This document shows, piece by piece, positions 11,967-25,293 of a stretch of DNA of 64,000 bases. The DNA comes from Podarcis filfolensis (lineage: Eukaryota). A program made the position numbers and the translations under genes. The number at the start of each line of letters is the position of its first letter. Within the stretch, counting starts at the first letter, position 1. Below the pieces are notes generated by a model. That model ran no database searches. It saw only the letters and a list, made by a program, of their open reading frames with translations, and was not told the DNA's origin. The stretch is from NCBI GenBank assembly GCA_964270895.1, contig OZ185439.1; one strand, 5' to 3'.

Positions 11967-13296
11967 GTAAGTGTGACTTACTGTTTGTTATAGAAAGGAT
12001 TGCTTACATCCTGAGTGTTCACATTTTTCTATTTTAGATTTGACAGAGAGTACATTCAGCAGTGCTCTACCGACCTTCTTAAGAGCACTCTGCTAATGTG
12101 GCTGTTTTCAAGGGGTCCTCTTTGCCTTCTTGCCTTAAAGTGACAAAGCACTGAAAGCCCCAACAGCCTTCAGAGATCAGTTATGGAGGCTAGAGTCATT
12201 ACTTGATCTTTTTCTCTCTGATGATGCTGTAGCTGCTTCCATTCTTGGGTGCTTTCTGTAATGGGAGAGAGGCAGATAGGGAAGGCATGGTATAACATGG
12301 TATTTTGCTACAGCGCTCTGCCTGCTACGTGTATGTGCTCCACTGCAGCAGTGTGTTTGCACTTGGATCCTTGGGGCTAGTCAGGCAAGAGCCTGATAAC
12401 AAGGGTCTATTGTGGATCCAAATTGTGTGTGTGTAAATGCTCCTTCCCCAGTACAGCAGTTGCAATATGAAGTCAGTCCATGTAAGTGAGTATAACTTTG
12501 GCTACAGATAGGTTGAGTGCATGATACCATAATACTTAACTGCTATACAATTTAAATGCATTGCCACCTATTTTTCTTAAGAGGACACAAAACAGGAATT
12601 ATGTTAAGTGAGTGCAGGAGAGCCACTGGTCTGTCAGGAGACATGCTGAGGGCAATCTCATGTGCAAATGCACCGGGCAGAGTTTTTTCTATGAAAGGTT
12701 GCTATGCTACATATGTACTTGGATTACTCACTGCTATTTTTAAACCCTCTCAAGGCAGGTCACGTTCCTAGTTTAGTTGTTTTGATGAAGCATCTATGAA
12801 TAACTTCTGATGTGCTAGAAGACGGGCAGGGGGAGATTCAGTTATGTGTAATGAGAGGCTGTGGGGACTAGATTAATGGACACCGAGTCAAATATGGCTT
12901 CCACTTCTTCAATTACACAGGACAGTTTGTATTTTAAGTTCATGCTCATGGGTTTATCATTGAAAAAAAGGTTACATAGAATATTAGATTGCCTCTTGGG
13001 AGTTGTTACTGCAGCTCATGATTCTGGCAGTCTTTTAATTGCCAACTTTAGGAAGAGAGTATTGTGTCTTATATTTTACTCTGTGGTCCACAGTAAAATA
13101 TATTTTATAACCACTAATTAAAATTAGTCAGCTTCCTAAATTTGAAACCAGTATCACGATGTATTAAAAGACATATTGAGATGTACATTGTAAATGTGGT
13201 TTATGTCATGCTTTCAGATTATTTCCCCCCCTCAACATAATTAATGTGCAGTGTTCCATTGATTTAACCCCTTTCATCACTCCTCCTTCTTTGTAG

Positions 13297-13526
13297 GTGT
13301 ATATTTGCCTTTGTTATGGGAACAGAGTTTTTGTTGGAAAAGCCCTATTGCTCTGGGCTACACAAGGGGCCATTTCTCTGCTTTGGTTGCCATGGAGAAT
13401 GATGGCTATGGCAACCGAGGTGCTGGTGCTAACTTGAACACTGATGATGATGTTACTATTACTTTTTTACCATTGGTCGACAGTGAAAGGAAGCTGCTGC
13501 ACATTCACTTCCTGTCTGCTCAAGAG
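13297..13526 (+). CDS. ZRANB1: ZRANB1 coding exon, OTU domain with catalytic His (GVYLPLLWEQSFCWKSPIALGYTRGHFSALV...FLSAQE)
   Basis: Acceptor ttgtag ends 13296, donor GTAAGA at 13527; 230 nt, phase 1 to 0. Catalytic His codon CAT at 13371-13373. Confidence 0.97.
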
Positions 13527-14375
13527 GTAAGAAACACTAAGCAGTTCAGTGTTCAGTGAGTCGCTGCATCAGCAGAAAAGGGGGGCCGGAAAGCCTCTCT
13601 GGAGAATCTACATGGCAGAGAGCCTACAGCTGATATGTAGCAGTTGCAAGACATTTGAAAACAGATTGCAGTAGTTTGAGTAACAGGCATGAGAAGCCTT
13701 GTGTGCCAACTTAGTGTTGCCTTTCTGTTCTGAAATTGGTTTGTGAGAGTGGTTGGTGTTGGTGTGTGTGTGTGTGTGGTGGTTGTTGTTGTTGTTTTTA
13801 AACAGATGTATTAGTAAAGCTTTTGAGGAAAAGCTAAGGCTTCCCAACCAGAAATAACAGGCAAAACAGTATGGTCGAATGTTCTGCTGGTGTGAGTTAT
13901 AGATCTCTATAAGTTTCTCGCTCCGTCTGTCTCTCTGTCTCTGTCTCTGTCTCTTTCTCTTTGTAATTAGAAAGTGAAAATTTGAAAGCCTAAAAAGGGC
14001 TACAAGACCCCTAATAATATTAAACAATTTCATTTCTATGCTTATTAAAAGAAGACTGCAAAGTTGAGAGTAGCTGAAAGCATAGGACTTTTATTTATTC
14101 TTATTCTCTGCCTGCCTAATGGTGGGGTGTGCATTCTTAAAAGTTCCAATACCTTGTGTTTGTGTTTGCTGGCAGTTACATAAAATTTAATTTATAGGAA
14201 GGAAAAAAATACGATATTTATGCACTGCTTTAGATAGCCCCTTTAAAAAATCCACTTTCCTAAGACAGTCTTCCTGGAGCACTTTAAATGTTGCAGGGCA
14301 CCCCTTTTTTAAAAAAAGTTGTGGTCACTAATCTGATTTTAATCATGTCCTAAGTGTTGTGTTCTTTTTCTGAAG

Positions 14376-14594
14376 ATTGGTAATGAGGAACAACAGGAGA
14401 AGCTGCTCAGGGAGTGGCTGGACTGTTGCGTGACGGAGGGTGGAGTCCTAGTTGCTATGCAGAAAAGTTCTCGCCGGCGCAACCATCCCCTGGTAACACA
14501 GATGGTAGAGAAATGGCTTGATCGCTATAGACAAATTCGCCCCTGTACATCCCTTTCAGATGGAGAAGAAGATGAAGACGATGATGATGAATGA
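14376..14594 (+). CDS. ZRANB1: ZRANB1 last coding exon (IGNEEQQEKLLREWLDCC...SDGEEDEDDDDE-stop)
   Basis: Acceptor ttctgaag ends 14375; 219 nt, 72 codons plus TGA at 14592-14594; acidic C-terminus as in vertebrate TRABID. Confidence 0.97.
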   Translation: MGNEEQQEKLLREWLDCCVTEGGVLVAMQKSSRRRNHPLVTQMVEKWLDRYRQIRPCTSLSDGEEDEDDDDE

Positions 14595-16670
14595 TAAAAT
14601 TGAGATACCTGGCTGAGAATAATGTGTGGTGAGATCCCCCAGCACTTGGGGTGTGCTCTAGCAATTTGTTACACAACGACCTAATTGTAGCAGGAAGCAG
14701 CCTGCGTAAGATTTTTAATCGGCATGGGGAGAATTCAGAGGCTCAACATATATGTGAAGACAGCTACGTTGGTTGGACTACAGTTTGTAAAAAAGCAAAG
14801 CCCTAATTTTATTACCAAGACAGAAAGCATTTTTCTTTCCAGTTGTACATCTGCCTATAAATGTACCGCATGTAGTTGTGTAAGAAAGTTGTGTAATTGG
14901 AAAAAGTATTACCAGCATCTTAAAATAATTGAAAAAAAAATTCTTTTGAATAAGGGCACTTAAAAGCACACCGTAGATTAATATTTGTTCTTTTTGAGAC
15001 TTACAGTAAAACTTGGTTCTTCTGCATCACTTCCTAAGCATTCTAACAGACCCATTTTATATGCAATCTTCCTAATGCCCAGGTCAGATGATGTGGCTTT
15101 TCTTTTTGCTGTTGAAGCCATATACCCAGAGTGAGTCAAAAGTATGAGCAGTTCATTGTTTTTATTCAGATTTGAGTTACCTTTGTGCCCATTATAAGAA
15201 GATGAAATGTTAAAGGGAAAAAAACACACCAACCTATGGAAGGGATGATACATTTTGATTGAGTGAACTTTTTTTTTTGTGTAAAGAATTCTCTGCTGTC
15301 CGTTAATATTTTGTATCTCTTATTTGGAATATTTTCCCCCCTTCCAGCATACTTAAAGTAGTCAGAGAAGTACTGTTCCAGAGAGCTATATGCTAACTAC
15401 CGTGTGGAATCTGCTACATCTAAACTGAACTGAAAAAAACTGCATTTTGTCCAAACCTGATCTTGCTGTGAGTTGTACAATAGAAATTACTATTTTATCA
15501 AGCCTTTCCCCTGCAAGTTAAAATCACCTCCATTAAGGAGCACTCCTTGGTCATTAAAATCGAGTGAGAAAGCACTTTGGCAGTTTTCCTTAAAAGCCTT
15601 CATTCTAAAGCTTTGTTTTAAAGTACTGTATATTATCTTTCCTTGGTATGTAAACTTTGGAATTTTTTGCATGTTGATTGATTGTGGCCACATTTGAATA
15701 TGTAAGTTTCCTGAAAGTATAAGTTCAGAATATATTCTCCAGTAGAAAATTCTTTTTTTATTATACTTGATAACTTTAGCCATGCTATCTTGAATGGATA
15801 TAGCCTATCCAAAAACCTCACTTTAAAAAAACACTAAAGGTTGAATAGTTTTGTATGCATAAAGCAGATCCTGATAAGCACTTTTTGAAGACTAATGATG
15901 GTGGAAATGAGGACAAGGAACCTCTTGCAAAATAGATTTCCTTGTTTAAGAATCTGGACAGGAGCCGTACATTTACATATGTGTAAAAATATATATAGGA
16001 ACCCTTCAGAATTTGCTGCTTTTTCTAAATGTGGATTAGATGGTGTTGAAATATACTTTACAAAAGTAATCCTGTTGACAAACCTACCCTGAAATTTCTT
16101 CAAGGTACTACATTGAAGAAGTACATTGATTCAGCTTTTTGATCTCTGAAATGTAAAAGGATGGATGTGTTTGTATGTGTTTTGGTCATTAGTTCTCTCT
16201 TTTGGTGCATGCAGAGATTATTGGGCAAAGGTACATGCTTACCTTTGATGAGTCAAATTTCCTAAGCTGGAGAATAATTGGATTTCTTTTTAAAAAACAG
16301 GTCCTGCTTTTATGTGCAATTCTAATTTTAGGTTTTCCAAATGCTTTTTCTGCCTACATTGCATACTTAGTGGTGGAATCCCCATAGTCCTGGACCAATG
16401 CAATAAGCTGTGCTTTTGTGGGAGGAGTCAGTTACCTAAAATAATGGAAGTTTTTTTAAAAGATCTGAGTCACTGTGCTGCCATCTATAGCTGATTCTAG
16501 TTCGATACATATGTCTTAAATGTAAGCATTACTATCCTAGTAGGGGGAAATGGCTGAATCTCCAGCCATCTTTATTCCGCTGCAGTAGCAAAGCCTGAAA
16601 TTTTGGAGTCTTTTTGGATGAAAGTGTTTGCTGCTGCCTGGAATAAAAAACACAATAATGATAATCAGTG
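14595..16670 (+). other. ZRANB1: ZRANB1 3' UTR (3' boundary uncertain)
   Basis: AT-rich and repeat-poor sequence after the stop codon; the end is placed at the AATAAA at 16642-16647. The UTR may extend further. Confidence 0.5.
16642..16647 (+). terminator. Candidate ZRANB1 polyadenylation signal AATAAA
   Basis: Canonical hexamer followed about 20-40 nt later by a GU-rich tract (gtggtggttagtggtttt). Confidence 0.45.
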
Positions 16671-19157
16671 GTGGTTAGTGGTTTTATAGATTGTAATTCC
16701 AGTAGCTGTTACGGGGCTGGAGAATAGGCATTGAGCAAGTTGCGGCGAGCCTCAAACACTGCAGTAATGCATGGGTCTCTAATCTCATACACCTTTTTTT
16801 AAAAGTCCAGGCTTTGCCACTTATTGTGATCTAAGTTACAGTTGAGGTAGTATTTTTTTTAATTAAACCACCATTTCTGAAGCTGAAGGGCAAGTTCCAT
16901 CTTGAGTCTGTAGTGGAGATATATTATAAAAATTTATCATATATTTCCTGCTTTAAGCAGTGGTTTTTCATCCATTTGAATTGTTTGGTTGTGCTCTTTT
17001 TGGACTGCAAAATTTGCTGCCCCCTCTCCTTAGAAAAAAAAATCACTTCATGTGGTAAACAAGAAGGAATGGTTTGGCAGCAAAATGGCTCCCCCTTCTT
17101 GCCATCTCAAACCATTTTGTATCTTAATTACTTTTAACATCTTGTTTGAAGCTTTGTTCTACTGCATAAACCTATGCTTCCTGAATCACGCTAACATTTT
17201 AAGAACTCTTCGATGACATACGTCCCCTGTACTGAGATGACTTCCAGACCCACAACTGTTATATGGAAGTTTGACTTACAGCCTCCTCTAAAACTACATT
17301 TTCCTCTAGTTTTAAGTGGAGGGTTTTCTTTTCTTTTCTTCAAGTTAGTACCTGGAAGTAATACGAAGATAATTGCATCCAAGCAGCCAAATTTTGCACC
17401 AGGGGTTCCTAGCAGATTCACTGGCAGTAGCAGAGTCTGCCTCAAATGTGAGTGTCCTATTAGAAAGTATACATTTTCATCAACATTAATTATGCCTATC
17501 TGGAATGCCACTGCCTGGTCTAAGAACAAAGTTCCAACAATAGCAGCTTCTTAAAATCACTAATGCCAGTGTAAATGTTGTTTCACCTTCATTTGTGTGG
17601 CTTCCTAAATGTTCTCTGTAACTCACCAATGTTCCTCCTCCTGATTGCTCTATACTGGTGTCTATGGTAAGTTATTCATAATTGCAGTGTTAGATCATTG
17701 ACACAGCTATGAAGTTGACTCCCTTGAATATGTTCAAAGCTGGTAATGTGCTTTTCCATTAATTTAAAACAAAACAAATATAAGTTTTGTAACAATGGTT
17801 TGCTTTCAGTTTGTCTGTTAATGTATTATTCTGTGTCTTCTTTCACTTCCCCCTACCCTCAAATTCCATTCTAGTCCTTATTTATTCATTTCAAACGGAC
17901 ACTGCTGTTAGGTTGGGAGGTCATACAGCCTGCGTTTGCCATGAAATCACATCTGTATTACATTTGCGGTTGGACCTAGTTCTTACTATCCCAGTCATCT
18001 TGTCTTTTGCTGCCGCTGTCCCAACGGTTGCATGGACTCATTGCGTGGTCAGTGTTGGTGGCAGCTTTACTCTTTTCTCTCCACTTCCCATGGCTCTCAA
18101 CTTCTATTCCACATAGCTTAGCAATGTGTTCTGAGGATTGCAGTTTTTTAAAAAAATATTATCGTTCTTAATGGTGTTTTTGATGCACATGTAGTGCTTT
18201 ACTGTTTAAAGGAATCCTGTAAATTTGGGTTGAGAGAAGATTGACTTGGCATAGGTTAGTGGCTAAAGCTGTTTTGAATTAAGGTTTCCAACGCCACAGT
18301 TGGTACAACAAATAATAGTAGCTTGTAGTTAACTAGTCTGGTGTGGGTTTCATGGGCCACTTTGCAGGGTACAGCCTCATACGGATGAGAAGAGTAGTCC
18401 TTGGTCAAAGCTCCCCTCTCCCTCCCACATTCTGTTTGAAATGAGAGAATAAGCAGGCAGCAGGCTCTTAGGAGTTATGCAGTCTTGCATCTCCTGCTTC
18501 TGGTCTAGGAAACTCTGGGTTGCGTCCAACAAAGCAGTTCTGTTAGCATAAGGACTTGGGCTGTGCATTGGTACTTCTTCTCCCTCACCTCTCTCAGGGC
18601 ACCTCTTGTAATTTCCTCAAATCTGTTACAAGATCTGGAGTCTATCTCAATGTACCCATTAGTTTCTGCAGTGATGAGGGTAGGAGAGTGAGCACAGAAT
18701 AGTGGAAAGTTCATCCCCATCTTGTTTTGAGTAAAGTCTTAGGTGCCAGCTAATGTCTGAACAAGCCATTAACCGACACACTGTGGTCTCCTCTTATATT
18801 CAGACAGGATTTTTGCTGGAACTGTGAGGTGCAGATACTCTAGAGGAGTCTTGTTGGTTTGCTTGGAACTTTTTTAAGCACACAGGATTTTGGGGGGTAG
18901 ATGTATGTTTATTTATTTATTTTAAAGAACAGAGTTAGTTTACTTCAGACCACTCATGAGCTTCTCACAGCTCTGAAAAGAAGAGTTTATTGCGTTTTGG
19001 AATCTTGACTGCAGAGATGTATCAATCACCTTCTTTCATTGAGAAGGGTGGTTTTGGCATAGCTTGCTCTTGTTGGACCTGAAAATGTGTTAGTATTTCG
19101 TACAGGGTAAAGGACATGAAGGGCCTGGTCCATGTGAAATTATAGAAATTGTCACTT

Positions 19158-19163
19158 TTTATT
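19158..19163 (-). terminator. Candidate distal CTBP2 polyadenylation signal AATAAA
   Basis: Plus-strand tttatt; the minus strand reads ttttcAATAAAaagtgac, about 1.25 kb past the CTBP2 stop. Confidence 0.55.
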
Positions 19164-19308
19164 GAAAACTGCACTGAACGCTATATGTCCACCTTTACAA
19201 TAAACAAATACAGTAACGGTAACACACTAAAACAAAACATACTTCTGGTAGCCATTGGTTCTGGTTTTTTTGTTTTGTTTGGGACAGCTTTTAAAACTTA
19301 TCACAGAA

Positions 19309-19606
19309 NNNNNNNNNNNNNNNNNNNNNNNNNNNNNNNNNNNNNNNNNNNNNNNNNNNNNNNNNNNNNNNNNNNNNNNNNNNNNNNNNNNNNNNNNNNN
19401 NNNNNNNNNNNNNNNNNNNNNNNNNNNNNNNNNNNNNNNNNNNNNNNNNNNNNNNNNNNNNNNNNNNNNNNNNNNNNNNNNNNNNNNNNNNNNNNNNNNN
19501 NNNNNNNNNNNNNNNNNNNNNNNNNNNNNNNNNNNNNNNNNNNNNNNNNNNNNNNNNNNNNNNNNNNNNNNNNNNNNNNNNNNNNNNNNNNNNNNNNNNN
19601 NNNNNN
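19309..19606. other. Assembly gap, 298 N
   Basis: Run of N in the sequence. Confidence 1.
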
Positions 19607-19749
19607 TCCAGCCCAAGACGTTTCCACTCAATAAAATAGCTGTGGATTTAAAACTGAGAAAAATATATTTGAGTATAAATGTGAAACGTAACACTTTTTC
19701 TTTTCTTTTTTTTTGCATCATCAGCACGTGTTATTGAGTGTACAGCTAC

Positions 19750-19755
19750 TTTATT
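19750..19755 (-). terminator. Candidate proximal CTBP2 polyadenylation signal AATAAA
   Basis: Plus-strand tttatt at 19750-19755. Confidence 0.35.
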
Positions 19756-20410
19756 AAGTGTATCTTGTAGAATAAGCATCCATTTCTGTGGGTAAGAGGC
19801 AGCTAGTTAACATGGGCCTTTTACCCCCTCTTCCCACCAAGATTGCTGTCCTACATGACGGTAGTTAAACTTGAGTAGCATCCCTCCAATACATTAGTGG
19901 CCATATATAACTGCAACAAGCAAAACAGTTCCCACATCTCTGGGTTATATTTCCTCAGGCTATACAAGGAGGAGCCAGGTAAGTGAAGGAAAGGGCTGAA
20001 GTCACATGATGGTTTCCTCTTACTATCATGTAAGCTTTGTTAGGACTGTTGGACCTGCTCTAAGCAGCAGGTCACCTGCTATTCCCCAAAAGGGACTGAG
20101 AAGAAATATATATTCTTGTGATTGATGTAAAGATGAAGGAAACTTAAACATACAGTAACAGAAGCTGATCAGTAATGTATCATCGCATCCTAGTTTTCAG
20201 TGCTTCAGTAAGCAGGTGACTTCGTCTGCATTCCCCCTCCCTCCCCAAGTCTTGACTCCATTTTTTTTGTAGTTAACACTGGAACAACATGATGCGTCAG
20301 TCCAAAATCAACCTTACAAATTTTGTATCAAATTCCCGTCAGTTCATGTGTCATTCCCCCCCCCCCCCCAATGTCTCTTGGTCCCAAATCGGAGTGCTTT
20401 GAATTATCTG

Positions 20411-20591
20411 CTATTGCTCATTGGGATGTTCCCTGTTGTCCCCATGTTTGGACGGCTGATTAGGAGATGGAGCTTGGGAAGGATGTGCCACTGTCGGAAG
20501 ATTGTGGGTAACAGGGATCCCTCCTGGGATAATACCTTCCATAGCTGCCGGAATCCCGCCTGGTGTAACGCTCACCATGCCTGGTGGATAT
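20411..20591 (-). CDS. CTBP2: CTBP2 last coding exon (RYPPGMVSVTPGGIPAAMEGIIPGGIPVTHNLPTVAHPSQAPSPNQPSKHGDNREHPNEQ-stop)
   Basis: Acceptor AG at 20593-20592; 181 nt, phase 2; TAG at 20413-20411. The C-terminus matches vertebrate CtBP2. Confidence 0.96.
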
Positions 20592-23500
20592 CTAGGAAGA
20601 GTGTGATTTCTTAGTTAAAAGGAGACATGCAAGCATTCCATAGAACAACAGGCTGTGGGGGTAGTAGAAGGGTAATGGGGGAGGGGAAATACCCTGCAGT
20701 CAGTTTCATTCATCGCCAAATCACTGCTATCCAGGTATGGTAAGAGAAAGTACTTTTTTTTTACTGCAAAATCTGTCAAGTTTTCAAAGTATGTTTGTAA
20801 GAGCAGTATTTGTTTGGGTGGGAGGGGGGAAGCAAAGCTAATATAAATTATCACCTTCAAACTCTTCTTTTTTCACATTGCTTTTACCCACATTGAAGTA
20901 TGAGACAAAAAAATGATTCCAGTGTTGAAAGAGAGCCGCAGAGTGCACATTTCAGCAGCTGAGGGACCAGCCTTATATGAATAATCCGCTGCTGCCATCC
21001 CTTCTTCCTGTCACCCTTTTATTGATGTCAAACATATCGGAACACAAAATACGACTGTGGCTTCTTTGCTGTTAATTCATTTGAGTGCCACAGAGGGCGA
21101 CTGAAATGTTTTTTGGCTATTAGGTATCATCTCTTTCTTCCTGTAAAATCCTTTGAAGTACAAAGCAGAAGGGTGGACTGGCTCATGGAGATGCTGAAAA
21201 GAAAAACCTAAATGGAATGTGACATTGTTCTAATGTCAGTAGTTCGATAACAGCATCCCTTTCCTAAACACATACATTACATTCAATTCAAAAAAAGGAT
21301 GTTTCCTCTTTCAGTAAAATGACATAGAGAACATGGTGCCTGTACAAGACTAGTTTCATGCCCCCACCCCAATAATGTGACTTGTGGCACCCTGGCTCTA
21401 GCCTCTCACCAACCTCTTCTGGGGCTTTTGCTTAGCTGGAATGGGCCCTTAAATTATGATAACACTTCTTACTTGTCTGTCTGACTGTAAACCTCATCTA
21501 AGTCAGCTCATCAATTGCTCCATCCATATCACCAGGGGCTGAGGGAACAATCAGCCCAAGACAACAGTCTGAGTAACTTGCATAGCTAGTTCTGGAAGCT
21601 CAAAGAGGCATTTAGATTTGAGTTTCAAAAGCATGTTGGAATGCAAGAGGTACCTGCTGAAGGAAATGAGGTGAGTCCCCAAACTAGTGAGAAATAGCAC
21701 ACTGGCCAGCTCTTCAAAGAATAAAACCAAAGCTGTCACAGAGTTGGTGGAAAGTCCCTTGTGTGAACAAGTGTTTGGGAGGAAATTGACAGAAATCAAC
21801 CTGACGTGTCATTTTTACTATTAAACACATTAACCAGGCCGTGTAGATGAAAGAGCTTTAAACTGTGAGAGAGCGAGAGAGAGTGTGTGTGAGAGAGAGA
21901 AAGAGAGAGAGAAAGTATGACATACAGAGAATGAAACAAGTTGGACTTGGGCTTTAGGATACTAGAACAGTAATTGTGCTTTGGGGAAATATGCATGATA
22001 ATGAAACCCTACGTAAGGAAAAGTGCAGAAAACTGGTATATTATCACACTGTTAATCCTGCAAGATGAAGCAGGACAGCTAATTCTGCAAGTCCTAAGTC
22101 AGACTGCTGTCAGAAGGGTGGGAAGCTAAAAAGCCCCTATGTGTGAGCAGAAGCAAACTTGCATTTGTCTGGCTCTCAGTCTGTGAATTTACAGGACAAA
22201 TTTAGGGAAGAAAGGTATATTGCAAATTAGTTTTAACATACAACTCTGTTCAAGGAGTAGGATTAACAAGATTAGCCTCTTGCATCATAAGCAAGGTTGT
22301 ACACTGCAGATGATATATATTCTATACTGAATTTAAATTTTGTAGTCTGCATGAAATAGGTTCAGTAAACAAGCTGGCGTATACTTCCATTATTTCTGCT
22401 AATCACACTAAAGAGCAAGGAGTTGCAAAAGGCAACAGGAACTGGATATCTAGACCCTTAGTTTTTCAGATTTTACTTAGTATCACATACCTACTTCCCA
22501 GTCCTAGCCCTTGCTTTCTGAAACTCAGTATTAAACTCTGCTCATGAGCAGTATTGTGTGGGTTTTCACACAAGTGCAGAAGAAACATAACACTGTGTAA
22601 AAGAAGAGATGCTGGTAGAGAACAGTTTACAAAAAGACCAGGTGTACCTGTGAGGCAAAGTTAATTAGAGAAAAGAATAAAAGCTGTTCTGAAGGTATGC
22701 TGTAAGAGTATAGGAGAGGTCACTAGATTAGACCTTGGAAGGAAGGTTCTGTGCTGGACATAGGTAAGTCCCCCTCCCCAAAAATGCAAATATTAGTATA
22801 CACAGTATGTAATGAAATGGGGAGGAGATAAATAAGAAGCCCAGCTCTTCTGACCCGAAAACAAGATGGAGAGAGACTAGTTCGTGAAGGTTCATTTTTG
22901 TTCTTGCTATGTCTGCCCATTGGCATTATGTCTCCTAAGTGAAACAAAAATTCTGGCTTTCAAAATGTCAGATTATGCTTGAGTGGGATCCTTCTCCACA
23001 TAGGCACACTATCCATGCATGTGGGGATCCCAGAAAAACTCACAGCCCTTTTTATATCCTATACACCTTTAGTGCACATGGAAGAAATCTGAGAGCACAA
23101 ACTTTCATAACTGCCCTAGAGGACTATCTACTTGGCTAAAGAGAGGTGGAGAGAAAAGGGGTCCATTGAACCCCACTGGGATCCATCAGGAAAATTCCAT
23201 AACTTCTGCAATCCTAAACACACAGGAAATTTAAAACTTGGAGGGAAACAAATTCATCTGCAGAGGTTTGCCTCCTGTTTACTGCTCTTTTTGAAGGTTG
23301 CACAAATAGTCTGGTGCTTGAGAGCTACCATAAACATCCAAGGGAGGGTGTGTGCGTGAACAGAGGGGGCTTGTGAAATCATGATGGGCACTAGCCAATT
23401 GGGCTTTTCCTGCAACAAAACCACTGTCTCAAGGGATGTCTAAATTATCTTGTAACAAGTTACTGACAACTGCACATTTATTGCTGAACGAAACAATCGT

Positions 23501-24191
23501 CTGGAAGTGCCCTAAAAGGACTGATTGGCATTTCCAGCAGCCCAAAAACCCCCACCCCTGCCTAGTAACCATTCCACATCTCTTCTGCTTTTTCTAGACT
23601 TAAACTTAGGTAATATATTACCCCTTAACATTACATGGGGGGGGGTGCCCTACAGTTAATTAATGTTCCACCTTTCAGCCTGTGCTGGGTGAACAGTGCA
23701 TCAATATACTGGTATTTATTCATTTACAATGGTGGCCTACCTCTGCAAAGAATCTTTGAAGTCCTTAAGAAGCACTGATTATATTCCTACCTCTGCAAAG
23801 AATCTGATTATATTCCTCTCCCCACCCCCCAAACTAAAGGGCTGGTTTGCTGAAACTGACTTCTGGAAGCTCCTTTTGTCAGGTAAATAGTGGGTGAGTT
23901 AGTAAGACTGAAACAGCAGAAAGACCTTTCAGAGAAGCTCAAAGTGACTCTATAGTGGCATTATTAAGGGGTCTCTGTGCAGCGGGATACCTGTGGAGAT
24001 GCTATCTCTGAATAGTATTCCCAGAATAAAGGAAGTGCCTTCTGTGGAGGAAACCTGAATACACTATTGCTGAAGGGCTATCCTACCTGAGCCCTATACA
24101 AAGATGTGTGTATCTCATTCTCTAGCTCCATTCTTGGGTAGAGAACTACAAAGTATGGTGCTTTTTCCCCAAAAAGAGTTCTTTATCTTAC

Positions 24192-24309
24192 CTGTATGTG
24201 GCACCATTGAGCTCCGGATGAATCGCTTGCTGATCTATTACTGACCAAGGAGCTGTTGTGACAAAGAATTCCTTGTTCACGCAGTTTCGTAGGCTTTCAG
24301 GGATCCGAC
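24192..24309 (-). CDS. CTBP2: CTBP2 coding exon (GRIPESLRNCVNKEFFVTTAPWSVIDQQAIHPELNGATYR)
   Basis: Acceptor cag 24312-24310, donor GTAAGA at 24191; 118 nt, phase 1 to 2. Confidence 0.97.
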
Positions 24310-25076
24310 CTGAGGAAGGGGACGATTCAAATTCATAACAGGGTCAGGCACAAATCAGCCCGACTAATATGCAACAAGCTATATCCAAGTTGAGGTTTTC
24401 CACACCACTCGTTCTAACTCACACAGCTCTTTACTTCCCACTAAAATTCAGGGGGGCGGGTGGGAAGGACTGCTGTAGAATTTGCTTACAAATAAAACAA
24501 TATGCAGTGCTTTCCCCTCGCCACACCCTAATACAGCGGCCAGATAAAAGTGCTTTGAAAGGTTGGATAATTTCCCACCCCTTTCCTGCACCAAGTCACT
24601 TTACAAGCCCCATTACAGATGTTTGCTGGTCATCCTGCAGACCTCAGCAGAATGAATGAAAGCTGCCCAAGATATTATAACTTCCTCTACCCCATTGGCA
24701 TTTCTCCCCAAAACAACTCCACATTGGGTAATGGTAGAGAATCGACCCACAGGAAAGGATGCAGAAGGCCACCTAAAACAGTACAAAATTAGGCATGCTA
24801 TAGCAGTGCCTGTTACACATTTGGCATGTATTGGATGCTGGAGCCCTAAGTGATTATGTGAAACTCTCAGTTATTCTGAAAAATACTTAGATAAAAGTCC
24901 ACATCCCTTTAATTAGGAGTTTGCTCCATCATTAACATGATTTGCTACCATATCTCCATGACCAAAGTAGTGCCATTCAGCACACTTGTGGTTTTGCCTT
25001 GAAGAGAGGAACAACTATAAATGCCTAGTACACAGTGCAGCATATCTTGACTACTTGCCTAACAACAAACCAAATA

Positions 25077-25293
25077 CAGTAGTACCTTGGATTACAAACG
25101 CTTTGGGTTACAGACTCTGCTAACCCGGAAGTAGTACCTCGGGTTGAGAACTTTGCCCCAGGATGAGAACGGAAATGGCGCCACGGCGGCAGCGGGAGGC
25201 CCCATTAGCAAAAGCATGCCTCAGGTTAAGAACGGTTTCGGGTTAAGAACAGACCTCCAGAATGAATTAAGTTTGTAACCCAAGGTACCACTG
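25077..25293. mobile_element. Tc1/mariner (Tigger-like) MITE, 217 bp
   Basis: TIRs of about 23 bp, cagtagtaccttggattacaaac / gtttgtaacccaaggtaccactg; TA duplication at 25075-25076 and 25294-25295. Confidence 0.85.

Larger units (their letters stand above)
19140..20410 (-). other. CTBP2: CTBP2 3' UTR (contains the assembly gap; end inferred)
   Basis: Follows the TAG stop at 20413-20411 and runs to the distal AATAAA. Confidence 0.6.

Noticed and set aside
15572-15884. GCACTTT seed-match sites (miR-17 family type) in the ZRANB1 3' UTR
   Set aside because: 7-mers occur readily in kilobase UTRs; not supportable without conservation analysis.
19149-19737. ORFs of 108-166 aa
   Set aside because: Artefacts of reading through the N gap.
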